From Octopus sinensis (taxonomy: Eukaryota), in the NCBI RefSeq assembly GCF_006345805.1, contig NC_043008.1:75330001-75394000 (forward strand): a stretch of 64,000 bases of DNA. Direction: 5' to 3'. Below the pieces are notes generated by a model. The model worked only from the letters and a program-made list of their open reading frames with translations. It did no database searches and was not told the DNA's origin. The position numbers and the translations under genes were made by a program. Of the stretch, positions 51,351 to 64,000 are shown piece by piece (within the stretch, counting starts at the first letter, position 1; every line of letters begins with the position of its first letter).

Positions 51351-52374
51351 AAACAACAATGATAACAATCACAAAATAAATGATAACAATAATAGTAAGG
51401 AGGCGGAAGTTGGGGAAGAGGAAACTGTCAGGCACCATAAATACCATAATTCATAGTTATCACCTAACTCGTTACAAAGGTGTTTATATATATAAAAACT
51501 TGTGTACTTTGGCTAAGTTTCAATGCTTGGCTTACTTTCCTAAGAGAGCAAAATCAATTATTACCTATGAACTGTATCATTTTAAATCTTACTAAAGATA
51601 CCGATAATTCTTTAATTGTCACTTTGCATTCTTCACTTATTCCATCTAAATAGACCAAGTAGAACAATACTAAAACATTATTTCAATAACGGCAATATTT
51701 CGTGAAGTTTTCATCTCCGTGTGCTGTCTTCTGTTAATCTTTTACTCCCCTCTTTGCAAATTTTTTGGTGTCGATTTCCTGAATCTTCTTTAACTGTTTA
51801 TCTTACAGCTAAGTTTTCCTTTCTTCTTGTCAGTTACTAGAAACCAATCAATACATATTTATGATCATTTATTTTTCATTTATATATGAGTTTTGTCAGT
51901 GATATGACATTTATATTCGCGACTTCTGCTGTATTATCGTTCCAGTGTAACTCCATTCTTTTCTGGTTTCTTCAATGGCATCTCAATCCGATGTTATATT
52001 CCAGACACTCATTGTTTCTTATGAATATAAATATATATATATATACAAAATGGGACAAGAACGCAAAATATTCAGAAGACGATATAAAAAACACGGACGG
52101 GTCATTCGAAGCCTTTAATCTTCAAGAACCGGATTGTCCTTGCAATTTCGGCTGATTAATTTTGAGATTGCTCCAATCTGGCCAGCCCCAAGGTAAAACT
52201 AAGCTAAGAGCATTAGATTCCTTGGAAAAAAGCTTCGAATATATACGAAACAAGGACGGAAAAACGGACGAGGTTACACGAATATAAATACAAAAATAAT
52301 ACAAAAAACAACAATAATAATAATAATAGGAGATCACAACAGGCGTTGTGTATATAAACAATATATATATATAA

Positions 52375-52499
<125 letters not shown>

Positions 52500-55400
52500 A
52501 CGCTACACACCCTCCTTCCAAGCGCTGCTGGAAGTGAGCTAGAATGTTATGACTTAGTCCGCATGCACAGCAGAGTTCAAGATCAATCTGTGCGAAGCGG
52601 CCTTACCCTGTGTGCTTTAACTTTGTTACTATGGGAACAATCTCAATACTTATTGATCAGACCTCGTATATATATATATATATTATATATATATATATAT
52701 AATACATTCTCTGAATCTCTCTCCCTATAATCCATTATCAATGCAGACTTTGGTATTTAGAAACACTGTATTGTACTACTAATTTCCATTGCGATACATT
52801 GATGCTTCAAAGAAATGGCCACAGAACGCCTGTTTCCCATTTACTAATCATGCTTATTCGGAATAACTCTTACACATTGCGTGTTAGAACGGTGGCAGTG
52901 GGTGCTATCCGATAGAATATATTTCCTTCATGCTATAATTTCAGTTTTGCTTTTCAATGATGTGTAGCTCAATTTATCTTATAGAAATGAGAAAGAATAG
53001 CTGAGTATGTGCAATTCAAATATTTCATGCCGAAACCTTATTTGGATTTAACATACGGAACATATTAATTTCGAAATTTGGAGTATGTGGATGTATTGCA
53101 TGTTATTAACGTTTTAAATATTATATATCTCTTAGATTCCATCCAATAGAACATTTACCAATTCACGGTAAAATATCCAATACCTTTTATCGTGTGCAAT
53201 GTTGAAATCTCTTGCTGCGTCATACAGCGTGAAATGTATTAAGAAAGTCGTTCTATCATTTTGAAAGAAGTGAGATAAATTTTTTTGATAAACTTTGGAT
53301 AACGAATACAATTTCTTGCATTGGGAGAGAACCATGAATGGATAGAGTGTAGATTAGTAATTATTAGCGCCAAGCCTTTTAACATTGATTTCTTTCCTAT
53401 GCCTGTACCCTATTCCCAACTGTACTGTCTCTCAAATTCTCAACAGGTTGTGTTTAATCTGCTTTTAGCCCATCTCGAAGACAAAATGTAAAGATTCTGA
53501 TACAGGTGTATGAAAAAGATTTTGTAGGTTAGAGGATTCAAACATCATGGCCAGTCATCAGGTGGAGTATATTTGATTGAATAAAATCTCACTGAGAACA
53601 AATGAAATAGTAGTTACAGAGGAAACCGAGCTTATACTTGATATGGTGAGAATATATACCGTAGCACATATATTACACCAACTATAACTTTCATTACTCA
53701 TCCTTTTTTTAATTGATTCTTATAATATTATCAGTTAACAGCAATATTTATCAGACCCTACACACTTTACAATTAGGTAGACTGAACCAGTAAGAGTTAA
53801 AATCTTGAGACGTAAACAACAAGATACAGCTGAAAGAATAAATCATTGCTCTTTTGGCTATGATTTGCTCTACAAGGCAATTTATTTTATTTTCACAGCT
53901 AGGTAAGAGAAGGAAGGCAATCTTTCAAGACTTATTTTGTCCAGATCTCCGCTGTTAGTGGAAGGGAGGACATTTTTCAGTAATCGTAGCCTTAGTCTGA
54001 ATCCTTGCTGCAAAGCGAACACCGCGAAAGGCATGCATGAGGGTGATAAGCAATTAGGAGAGGTCTGCTAAGAAATTTTTAAAAAATATTAGAAATGAAG
54101 TACTAAAGAATGATGTGACACTGCTATTAATCAGAAATACAACGTAACTTTAGCCGTATCGACTCAGTTATTAGTGGTTCTACTGATATACAGATGTCTT
54201 AACTCGACATATCTATGTCTTCATGAAGGGTATATATTAGGCAAAATAAATCTGAGAGTACATCATTCTTAAAACCACACACATAGAACGATATGAACTT
54301 ATTGTGGCAAGCTTTTGAAATATGCGTAACGTTTATAATGTTGCCCTTACTGCTTACAACGGCTAGTTGTTTCAATATCCGTGGCTTTATTTACTGCTAA
54401 ATGAATTGAATCTAGTGAGAATTCCACCTTCAAAGCAACGCTGATGATAGGATACAAACATTTAGCATGTGAGCTGGTTCTATATTATCCTATCCATTTT
54501 GCCATATAATCTCAATCTCTACATAAAAATTAGTCGTTAAAACTTGATTATGGAAAAACAACGGTTATTTACCTACTGCTTACCAGATATCTAGTAACGG
54601 GACTCCAATATTGCAAGTATAAAGCTAGCTATTTGTCATGTTCAGAAATGATGTTAAATGAAAAAATCAGTTTTGTAATATATTACAATGTCTGAGGTTT
54701 GAAATATCTTACTGTAATTTCATTCACTTTAATGGCAATAAATCAGTCTCCCAGGACAATAATATTTCCTCATAATTCCCACTTCTTTTACTGAAAGGCG
54801 AATATTAATTTGTTACGGGTTCATTAATAATACAGCTAGAAGAACTCAAGATAAAACTAAAGGATGGTCTGCCAAGACGAAAAGTATCAATGGCAATGTA
54901 AATTTTGTATGTAGTAGTCATCATATAATACCAAATAACTGTCAGAATTAAGGAATAGAACTATAGATAGATTAATATATGACATTTGTCCAAGATGTAC
55001 CGGAAATACGAAATCCTCAATTTTAATAAAGTAATCTACGGTTCATAGCTAATTTAGAATGTGTCATATATTCGTTAGTAGCTAATATGAAACTTTTCTT
55101 TTTTTTGACAATGGAAAGCAACTCAAGAGATACAGTGAAGGGAGATGTTTATTTCAATATGAGTGGGAAAATACCCAGGTTCTTAGCTGTGACTATTCAG
55201 CAAATAGTTGTGTCCAAGTAATGAATGGAAGGAATGAATAATACTTGAAGAGGATATCATAAAACCGACGCAGAATAGCCATACTGAATGATAGTACCAA
55301 TTCCATTTTCACGCAAATCCTTCTGGCAAAAAATACAGATCACCCCAAAAGACATATGCATTTACTAATTCGTTCTAAATGCTTCTAAAAAGTAAGTTAA

Positions 55401-55624
55401 AGACTAAATGAATCAACTGGATAACCAAACTTTCACATAGAAAGTTAGCGAAATGTACTTAATGATAAAAACTTAATACTATATATTATTTGAAGAGACG
55501 TTATCACTATTAATAGGTAGAATCACATGAATTAAATAATGCTTCACCAGAGCGTCGTCATTTTACAGATTAAACATCCAGCTTCTACCTTATATTTCAT
55601 TGTTCAGAAATATTGGTTACACAT

Positions 55625-55826
55625 TTTAGCACAAGGCCAGCAATTTCGGAGAGAGAGAAAGTCGATTACATCGACCTCAGTACTCAACTGATATTTCTTT
55701 TATCGACTCCAAAAGGGTGAATGATAAAGTCGACTTCAGAGGAAATTGAACGTAGAACGTGAAGGCGGACGAAATGCCGTTCAAGCACTAACAGTGTAGT
55801 AACGATTCTAGCAGCTTGCCGTCTTG
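55625..55826 (-). mobile_element. tRNA-derived SINE, full length
   Basis: Same family; head CAAGCTGCTAGAATCGTTAC on the minus strand. Confidence 0.8.
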
Positions 55827-57607
55827 AAATATTAGACACAATTAGTTTTAATATATTAAGAACACTGCAGGTTGAATTAATGGACACCCATATGGAGGAG
55901 TTCATTCGAACGAATCGGAACTATTTAAAGAGCACCGTTTTAAAGTTTTCTTAGTTTACAATAAGGAAACCTTGACAATCCTCATCAAGTGATAAGATGA
56001 ACGTAATTAGAGTGGCGCTTGAACTTGTATTAGATTAATACAAGAAAGAATGCGCAAGTAACAGAATGAAAGAGACCAGCGCAATTCCAGTGAGCTTCAA
56101 TTCGGAATATATATGATAGGGTAAATAATTAATGAAGGATTTGGTGGCTAAGGCACGAAATAGATGAGTGACAGAAAGACAGGAAATAAAACAGCAGGAG
56201 AGAGTCAAAGGCGTCAAATGATGTTTACTGATGTTTATAAGTTTCTTATTTTCGATGAACAAAACTGTTGCAGGTGAGATTTAGTCAAAGGGTAGACATA
56301 CAACACCTTCGAATCAATGGGTAAAATGAATTGACTGGCAAAAGATTTACTAATCATTTTGAGATTGTGATCAAAAGTGTGTATGCGTAGCAGTAGTAAT
56401 ATCTCATTTGTATGTTCGTGAATGTGTACATGTGGGGAGAGAGTGTGTGTGTTATGTGTGAGAGAGAGGGTGTGTATGTGTGTGAGTGTGTGTATGAGAG
56501 AGAGGGAGAGAGAGGATGGGAGAGAGAGGATGGGGGAGAGAGAGGATGAGTGACAAATGAAAGTTACTAGTACCCTGCAAGTTACGAGATGTAGAAACAG
56601 AATAATAAAGAGAAAAATATTTGCAATTTCTTTTGCATTGTAATTATATTCCAAAATGAATTATTACAATGAAATTATTTCAAAGTAGATTATTATATTT
56701 CGATTTCACATCTCATGATGTTCTTTAATGAGAAATACTTGTCATTTAAACTTTAAATATACTCTTCTGTAACGACGGGAAATAGTCTCATTAAATTTAC
56801 ACTAAATCCACTAAATTCGAATCTTCATGAAAGAAAAGATGACGGTTCAAACTTTTGTCGAAATAACAAAACTCACCGAAGAGTTGTAGAATAATGAAAA
56901 CAATGATGAATCCATTGACAAAAACAAAAATAAGCTGTATCCACCAACGCAGGAATAAAGAAACTGATACTTTCTATACTTCTCCATTTTTTAAAATACT
57001 ATTTACTTATGTCGCTTTTCCACTATTTTCCATTCAAGTTTCAAACACAATGCATGATACGTTCAACATTCTGCACGAGATTATTAGGAATCATTAATAC
57101 ATTCAAAACTGCATGTAAAAGAAACCAAGCATGGAACTACTGTAGCTGTGATTAATATACAAACCATGCATTATCCATGAGTACAACACGAAAAAATTAT
57201 AAACTATAATTATGAGATAATATTATAAATCTTAAACTTTCTCAAAAGTTTATAGCATTACTTCCCTTATTAGACAGGGAGGCTATGAGGAAGTAAATCT
57301 GTGTCGATAATCTAGAATAACTGAAGACCAACACCTCGACATTACACATGAGTCTTACAATGATTATCAAACATGAGAAGTGAAGACGCTATTTACTGAT
57401 GCACTTTGGAATATGTTATAATATAGTGGAAAAATTTAATTACAACAAAAAACAAGTTCTACATTTTGTTCTCTTTACTCACAAGCGTAGACACACACGC
57501 GCAGACACACATGCTCAAGCAAATATCTGATACAAAGATGTGTGTTTGTGTGTGTTTGTGTGTGCGTGTGTGTGTGTGTTTGTGCGTGTGTGTGTGTGTG
57601 TGTGTGT

Positions 57608-57640
<33 letters not shown>

Positions 57641-57958
57641 CGATTCCGAACGTATAAACATATGATTTGGATGAAACACACAATAATTTCAGATGGTTTA
57701 AACCTGCAGTATAATTTTATATTGAAATGGAATCCAAATTTTACTGATATAGTTTTGGCAATTTAATATTATACTAGCGGGACCAGTGAATATTTCACAA
57801 AATTAATAGTAAACCTTTCGGATTATTCCTGAAAACTCTATCCCAAAAAGCTAAAAGCGTAGTCTGACTTGTGTCTGTATTAAAAGATAGAAAGATTGTC
57901 GCTCATTTGCTATTCATAGAAAAGTGAAGGAAATTGGAATACGATGATTACTTAATGA

Positions 57959-58049
<91 letters not shown>

Positions 58050-60529
58050 ATGTATACATATATGATATACGTTATGCACAGTTTTATATATATAATTCAC
58101 TCTTATTTTACCCTTTTCTCCATAAACAAAAAAAAATTACATTTTTAAATTTGCATGGTCAAAATTTCATATCTAGAAAACAATATTTATACTAAAAACA
58201 GCTATTTTATATGTAAAATATACGGGTCACAATTTCGTAGGTAAACGTTCAATGCAACATGGCATGCTCTGAAAACCACATGGTTGGTAACTTATAAGCC
58301 AAAATGATGGGACAGAGCCAATATACATTTCAATTTGTAGGAGATATAGAAAACTTAGTTCCTTTATAAAAAAATTAAGTTTCACAATGCATTCACGATC
58401 TCTACCACCACCACCACCATCATCATCATCTCTTTCTTTCTCTCTCCGTACCTTCATTAATTTCACCATCAGAACATCACCCCTTTGCTAAATTTATATT
58501 CCTGACTCTCCTCTATCTTCAACTAACATGTGAACCACATACTAAATATTACGTTCCCTCTACCATATGTCATAGACGCTTCTCTCTCATTCTTAATGTT
58601 CTCTATTTCTGCCTCACTCTTCGTCTTATCCTGTTTTTTTCTCTCCCTCTTTTCTTTCTCCCTCTTCTTCTCTAATAACAAGAAAGCATTACTGATGGAT
58701 TAAGAAACGTAATGAGAAGCAGAATTATTATGTCTGTAAGTAAGATTGTTAAGAGACCAAACAGGTAGCAATTTTGAATGTTTTATTGTAGAAATGTGTG
58801 TTCATATTCAATGTTTACTTTATGCATGAGTGGTAAAAATACCATGGCACTATGCTGGATATTTGAAACAATCATGACACTCTCTATGCACTTGAATGCT
58901 GTCTTTTGAGTTCATGAGGAAGATTTCTACTCGCCACTGCAAGCAAATGAAACTCAATAATTTCACAGCGCTGCTACTGTTTAATTCTGTAACAAGTATT
59001 CAGATCTGGATGGAGAACTACACTCTGGTGCAGCAGTCACTGGAACATAGATGGATTCAGTGATTCAGTGTTAATCACCTTGTTCCGATACTAATTGCTA
59101 ATATCAGCCATTGTCTTTAATAGGCCATGGACACAGCAATCTGCAATGTAATCATAGGTCAAATGAAAGTCGAATAACTTTGTAAATAGTTGGGTAAGAT
59201 GTATATATAACAGAAATTTGTGTTCAAATTAATAATGTTCGCCTGCTTTTGAAGTCTTGGTATAACAGGTCAGGTTTTTCCTAAAAAAATATTGATTGAT
59301 ATTCACTGATTAATTCCTTGAATAAAATATTTCCAATATATATTTCCACTCGGGAACATGGAATTGTTGAATCCTCCATGCTGAATGACTATTTTTAAAG
59401 AAATAAATGAATGAGAATTTGGTTAACATTTTGACAAACTATAAATGGAGATTTATAGATGAAATAATGAGATGAAAACATTCATTAACAATTATTAAAG
59501 ATTTTCGTAAGAAGTTTTTCGTTCTAAGGCCCATACCACAATTGAGCAGTAATTTCAAAGAATTGATTAGATAATCAATATTGATTCCATATCTACCATT
59601 ATTCGGTTTCAGACAAGAAAAATAATTGAATAATATAAAAGGCAAAATTTCATAGATAATGCTGTATTATTTGTTGCCCTTCCTCCCTCCACTAATCACT
59701 GTCAGAAACGAGAATATTGCGTGTTTATAGACAAAACAAAACTACAGTTTTAAGAAGAAATATTAATTAAACAATTGGAATTTGTTATTTTTTTGCAATA
59801 TATTGCTTTCCTCCTTCCGTATTAGCACACATGTCATCGTGTTTACTTTATTGATCCGATTCGATTATATTTGGAACAGTCCGGTAAAATACACAGAAAA
59901 GTTATATAGCATAATGCATAAACACAAATAGTCAAGCATATATTATGCATGTGCGTGTTCGATGAAGATAAATTTTTATTTCCTTAGCAAACACAGAAAC
60001 ACTGCCTTAAATGTTAAAGATTTTCATATGGAATATTTTTAGAATAAGACGTAACTGTTTTGCTCTCAAATTGATATGTGCAGAAAGAATTTACCTTAAA
60101 TTTTAAAATCTTAACGGATTATATATATATGTATGTATCAGTACAACTATATGTGTGCGCACGAGTGTGTGCGCGTAGAAAAAGCGACAGAAAGTGAACA
60201 ATGATGATGGGAGCATCCAATATTTCGTATAGAGTCATTCTTTAAGACTAAGGTGAGAGAAGGGTAAAATGAAACATGGCAAACATTTACATTATTTAAC
60301 TGTTTACAACAGTTGCTGAACGCAAAACACATTACCTTATATATGTAGAAAGGAAAAAGTATGAGAGGAAAACAAAGAGAGAGAAAAGGGAAAAGAAATT
60401 TTAAAAATAAGTGAGGAGCGAGGGACAGGAAAAAAAAAGCGTCCAGGAGTCAGTGTCTTCCGTTTCTCTGAGTGAGCCAATGTATGATGTGTAAAGTTAC
60501 CGTACACTAATAATGGTTTAAAATTTTGC

Positions 60530-60727
60530 AACGAGGGCAGCAATTTTGTGAGGAGGGGATGAATTGATGGCATCCAACCCAATGTTCAACTGGGACTTAT
60601 TTTTCGACCTCGAAAGGATGAAAGCCTAAGTCGACTTCGGTGGAATTTGATCTCAGAACGTAGCAACAGATGATATAACGCTAAACATTTCACCCGGCGT
60701 GATAACGATTCTGTCAGCTCGCCGCAT
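60530..60727 (-). mobile_element. tRNA-derived SINE, full length
   Basis: Same family; flanked by a direct repeat TTACCGTACACTAATAATGG (about 60497 and 60728), a possible target-site duplication. Confidence 0.8.
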
Positions 60728-61279
60728 TTACCGTACACTAATAATGGGTAATGAAATGGCTCGTTGTATTCAAGTGAGCTGTGATAGTGTGGTCTGTTAT
60801 ATGTAATAGCATGCTCCCAAAAGAGACTGGCAAATTTTCTCCAGTGCACTGCAAAATTGACGTATGATGGAATAGGTTAGAAAGTGTATAGCAAAAGCTT
60901 TGGGTAGCATGTTATTAATAAAGGAATAATTATTGCATCGTTGGCAAGACCATTTAAAAGAATATGGGTGTATATGACTGGGCGCTATAGAGTTCCTGAC
61001 TGAGAGTAAGCCAAGGATTTATCTTTCTTGAATGTGTGGTGGGGGTGATGGGAAAATTATTGGAACCACTGTGAGTCCTCCGTTTGGGCCCATGTTTGTG
61101 GTTTTCTATGTAGCCACACTATTAAACAAGATGTTTCTAAAGTATATATATATATATATATATATATACATACGCATACGTGCGTGTTTGTATGTAAATA
61201 TCTATTTTGGGGGAATGTTTAGATTTTGATATAATAAAAGCAATTAATATTTATGTTATTATAAGTAGTATTACTATCT

Positions 61280-61490
61280 AAGCTGAGAGAATCATTAGCA
61301 CCCCTGAGCAGAATGCTTACCGACATTTCGTTAGTCTTGATGTTCTGAGTTCTAATAATTCCCAAATCGACTTCCCCTTTTATCTGTTCGGGGTGGATCT
61401 AATAAGCACAGGGGTAACCCTGGCGTGGATGTAATCAACAATTATCCTCCCCTGAAATTACTGGCCTTGCTCCAAAATTTGAAATCAGTA
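61280..61490 (+). mobile_element. tRNA-derived SINE, diverged
   Basis: AGAATCATTAGCAC..GTTCTGAGTTC..GGCCTTG.TCCAAAATTTGAAA. Confidence 0.7.
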
Positions 61491-62529
61491 TTAATATCAT
61501 TAATATTGTTTTCATTACCATGAAAGCGATGAAGGAGGAGGGGCAGCATAGTTTATATGTGGATAGTCATTGTCGATGTTTACACAACAAATCTCTTTAA
61601 GAGACTGTATATCACAATTGACATTTTTCCTTATTGATACTCCAGATTTTTTGTTTAATTTCTTATGTACAGATAATATTTACGTTTTATAAAAAAAAAA
61701 CATGGAAGTAAACACGTAACAAGCAATGTTACTTTCATCTAAATTCGAATGATTTAGGAATAACATTTTGTTTGTGTTGTTACACATCTCACAAATTTAA
61801 TATGTGAGTACTATATTTGTCGGATGAAATTCATAATTACGCAAAATAATTAGTAATGCAAAGCATGAAATAATGTAGAAACTCAGCTTCTCAAAGTCAT
61901 CATGAAAGTAGATATCCGGACAGAACTCCACTTAGTTCTATACTATGTAATCTCTTTAACGTTACCACGAGTGCTACATTTTAAAAATGCAAATAATATT
62001 CTATTAACACCTTTACGATTCCGGAATCAAGTTCTCAGATCACACAAGGCCAAGTATTATGTGTCTACCGAATCGAGCGCACATCACATAGCAACATTCA
62101 GAAGAATTTCCTTTTATTAACTCAATGGACACCAGTTTAGTCAACACTATCCTAAGAGATTAAAAAAATGAATGAACTAAAAATACATTTAAGCAGCTCC
62201 TGGATAAATTCCTCTAAGAAATACCAGCCAACATACCGACAACTGGATATATTGAGTGATCTTGGGTACGACCCTTCAATAAAAGCAAAAATTTATCTTA
62301 GTTCCTCAAATCATTATCTAAAGTAATAGAGATTAAATGGAGGAAAACTAGCAATGAAATTAGCGTCGATAAATCTATCTGAAGTATCTTTACATTTTTA
62401 TGAAATAATTTTCTATTGATGGCTGTAACTCGCTTACATTCAACTTTCAAACTAGTTTTCTAACTACGGATTGAAATAGAAACCTTTTAGTGTAATAATT
62501 TGTTAAACCACTTATCCAACACTTCCTAT

Positions 62530-62570
<41 letters not shown>

Positions 62571-63484
62571 CGTGTGTGTGAGTGCGTATGCGTGTTGTGT
62601 GTGTATACATCTTTTCATATATATATACACTCTCGCGCGCACACACGCACGCACACATATACATATATACATTATATATCCATATGTGAGTGTGTATGAG
62701 CGTATATTAACACAAGTTGATATTAATGTTAACATGGAGAAGCATATTCAAGCGATGTCAGAAATTGTCCCGATAATGGAAATTGCTTTAGGGTAAGCTA
62801 TGTAATTTGAATTATGGAAATATCATTAATATATGATTTCTTCCATTTTGTTGTCAGTTATATATGGTATGGGAGAGCAATGTACAAGAGGTCGTGACTA
62901 GAATAATTGTCACTTTCTTCACATTACATTAATCTGGACCTCCAACATCGTTCAAGTTCAGTGTAAGGGTTTATTCAGATATATTCAGGTTTTATTAATT
63001 AGCATTAATCAATAACATTTTAATTTTTTATGTAGTTTGGGAATGGAACATGCAGACGAATTAGAAATGTCAATTTGGTGTATGAAATGATCTTTTTTGT
63101 TTTCTAATTTTATTCATTTAGATTTTTCAAAATTGATGCTATGAATCAATGGAAATAACGTTTCGTAGTGCAATAACGTTTTTATTACAACATTGCTACA
63201 GTGAAAATAGTCACAAAAGAACTGTGGAATATAGTGGCAAATGATCCCCGTCCCTCATCTAGTCGAATTGTTCAACTTAATGTAAATCATTGGTAACCCT
63301 CACTATGAAACACGTGTGAAATAGCTGTAAAACATAATATGAAGGTGATAAGAATTACATTAATTGTAGAGGAGGGCACGAGCTTGCTTGGAAACTCCTC
63401 TATTTCACCAGGTATATTGGCGAGATGATCGGCAGAATTTATCAATGAGAGACTAATATAGTTCCAATAATTCTGCCATCATAT

Positions 63485-63734
63485 TACACGGCAGCACATT
63501 TTCAGTAATTTTGAAGGGAAGGGTACTAGTTGATACCACCGACCACGGTAACTGGCTGGTACTTTAGTTCATCTACCATTGAGGGTTAAATTCTAAATGT
63601 GCGCTCTGCGAAAATTGAATTCAGGTTTCTGTTCAATAATAATGACAATAATCCGTTCTACTATAGGCACAAGGCCTGAAATTTGGTGTGAAAGAGTAAT
63701 AATATTAATAATAATACTAGTAATAATAATAATC

Positions 63735-63785
<51 letters not shown>

Positions 63786-63790
63786 GTAAT
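63485..63790 (-). mobile_element. SINE fragments plus (TAA)n
   Basis: CGACC..CTGGTACTT and GGCACAAGGCCTGAAATTT blocks. Confidence 0.6.
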
Positions 63791-64000
63791 TTCTTTTATT
63801 GGCCACAAGTGTTACATAACGTTATATGAAGAGACAAAGGCAGGATGATGCAAATGGGTTTTTAAAGCGTGTAAACAATAAATAACAGAAAATTAAACAA
63901 ATAAAACTCCCAATGTGGGAGGCGCTTTAAGGCTACTAGTAGAAAACCCCACAAAAGCCACGGGTGTCTGACAAATAGGGCGAGAGCTCTTCTTGTATTT

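Overview
AT-rich, microsatellite-dense eukaryotic DNA. The repeat families resemble those of octopod cephalopods (an inference from recognition, not from a search). It reads as a long intron or gene-poor region, and no complete host gene can be assembled; only a few weak exon candidates were seen. It is dominated by retroelements: a near-full-length R4/Dong-type restriction-like-endonuclease (REL) LINE (15138-19020, minus) with about seven related fragments around (TAA)n tracts, several Penelope-like element (PLE) remnants, L1/Tx1-like fragments, a decayed mariner transposase and many tRNA-derived SINEs. The most unusual structure is a PLE terminal repeat built from a tRNA-like Pol III head, a (TAA)n tract and a minimal hammerhead ribozyme. 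It occurs attached to a GIY-YIG ORF, as a head-to-head palindromic pair, and as a solo head. Its TAA tract has itself been invaded by a non-coding TAA-associated element. A cluster of further hammerhead motifs lies at about 34-40.6 kb. All coordinates were read by eye and element ends are approximate.
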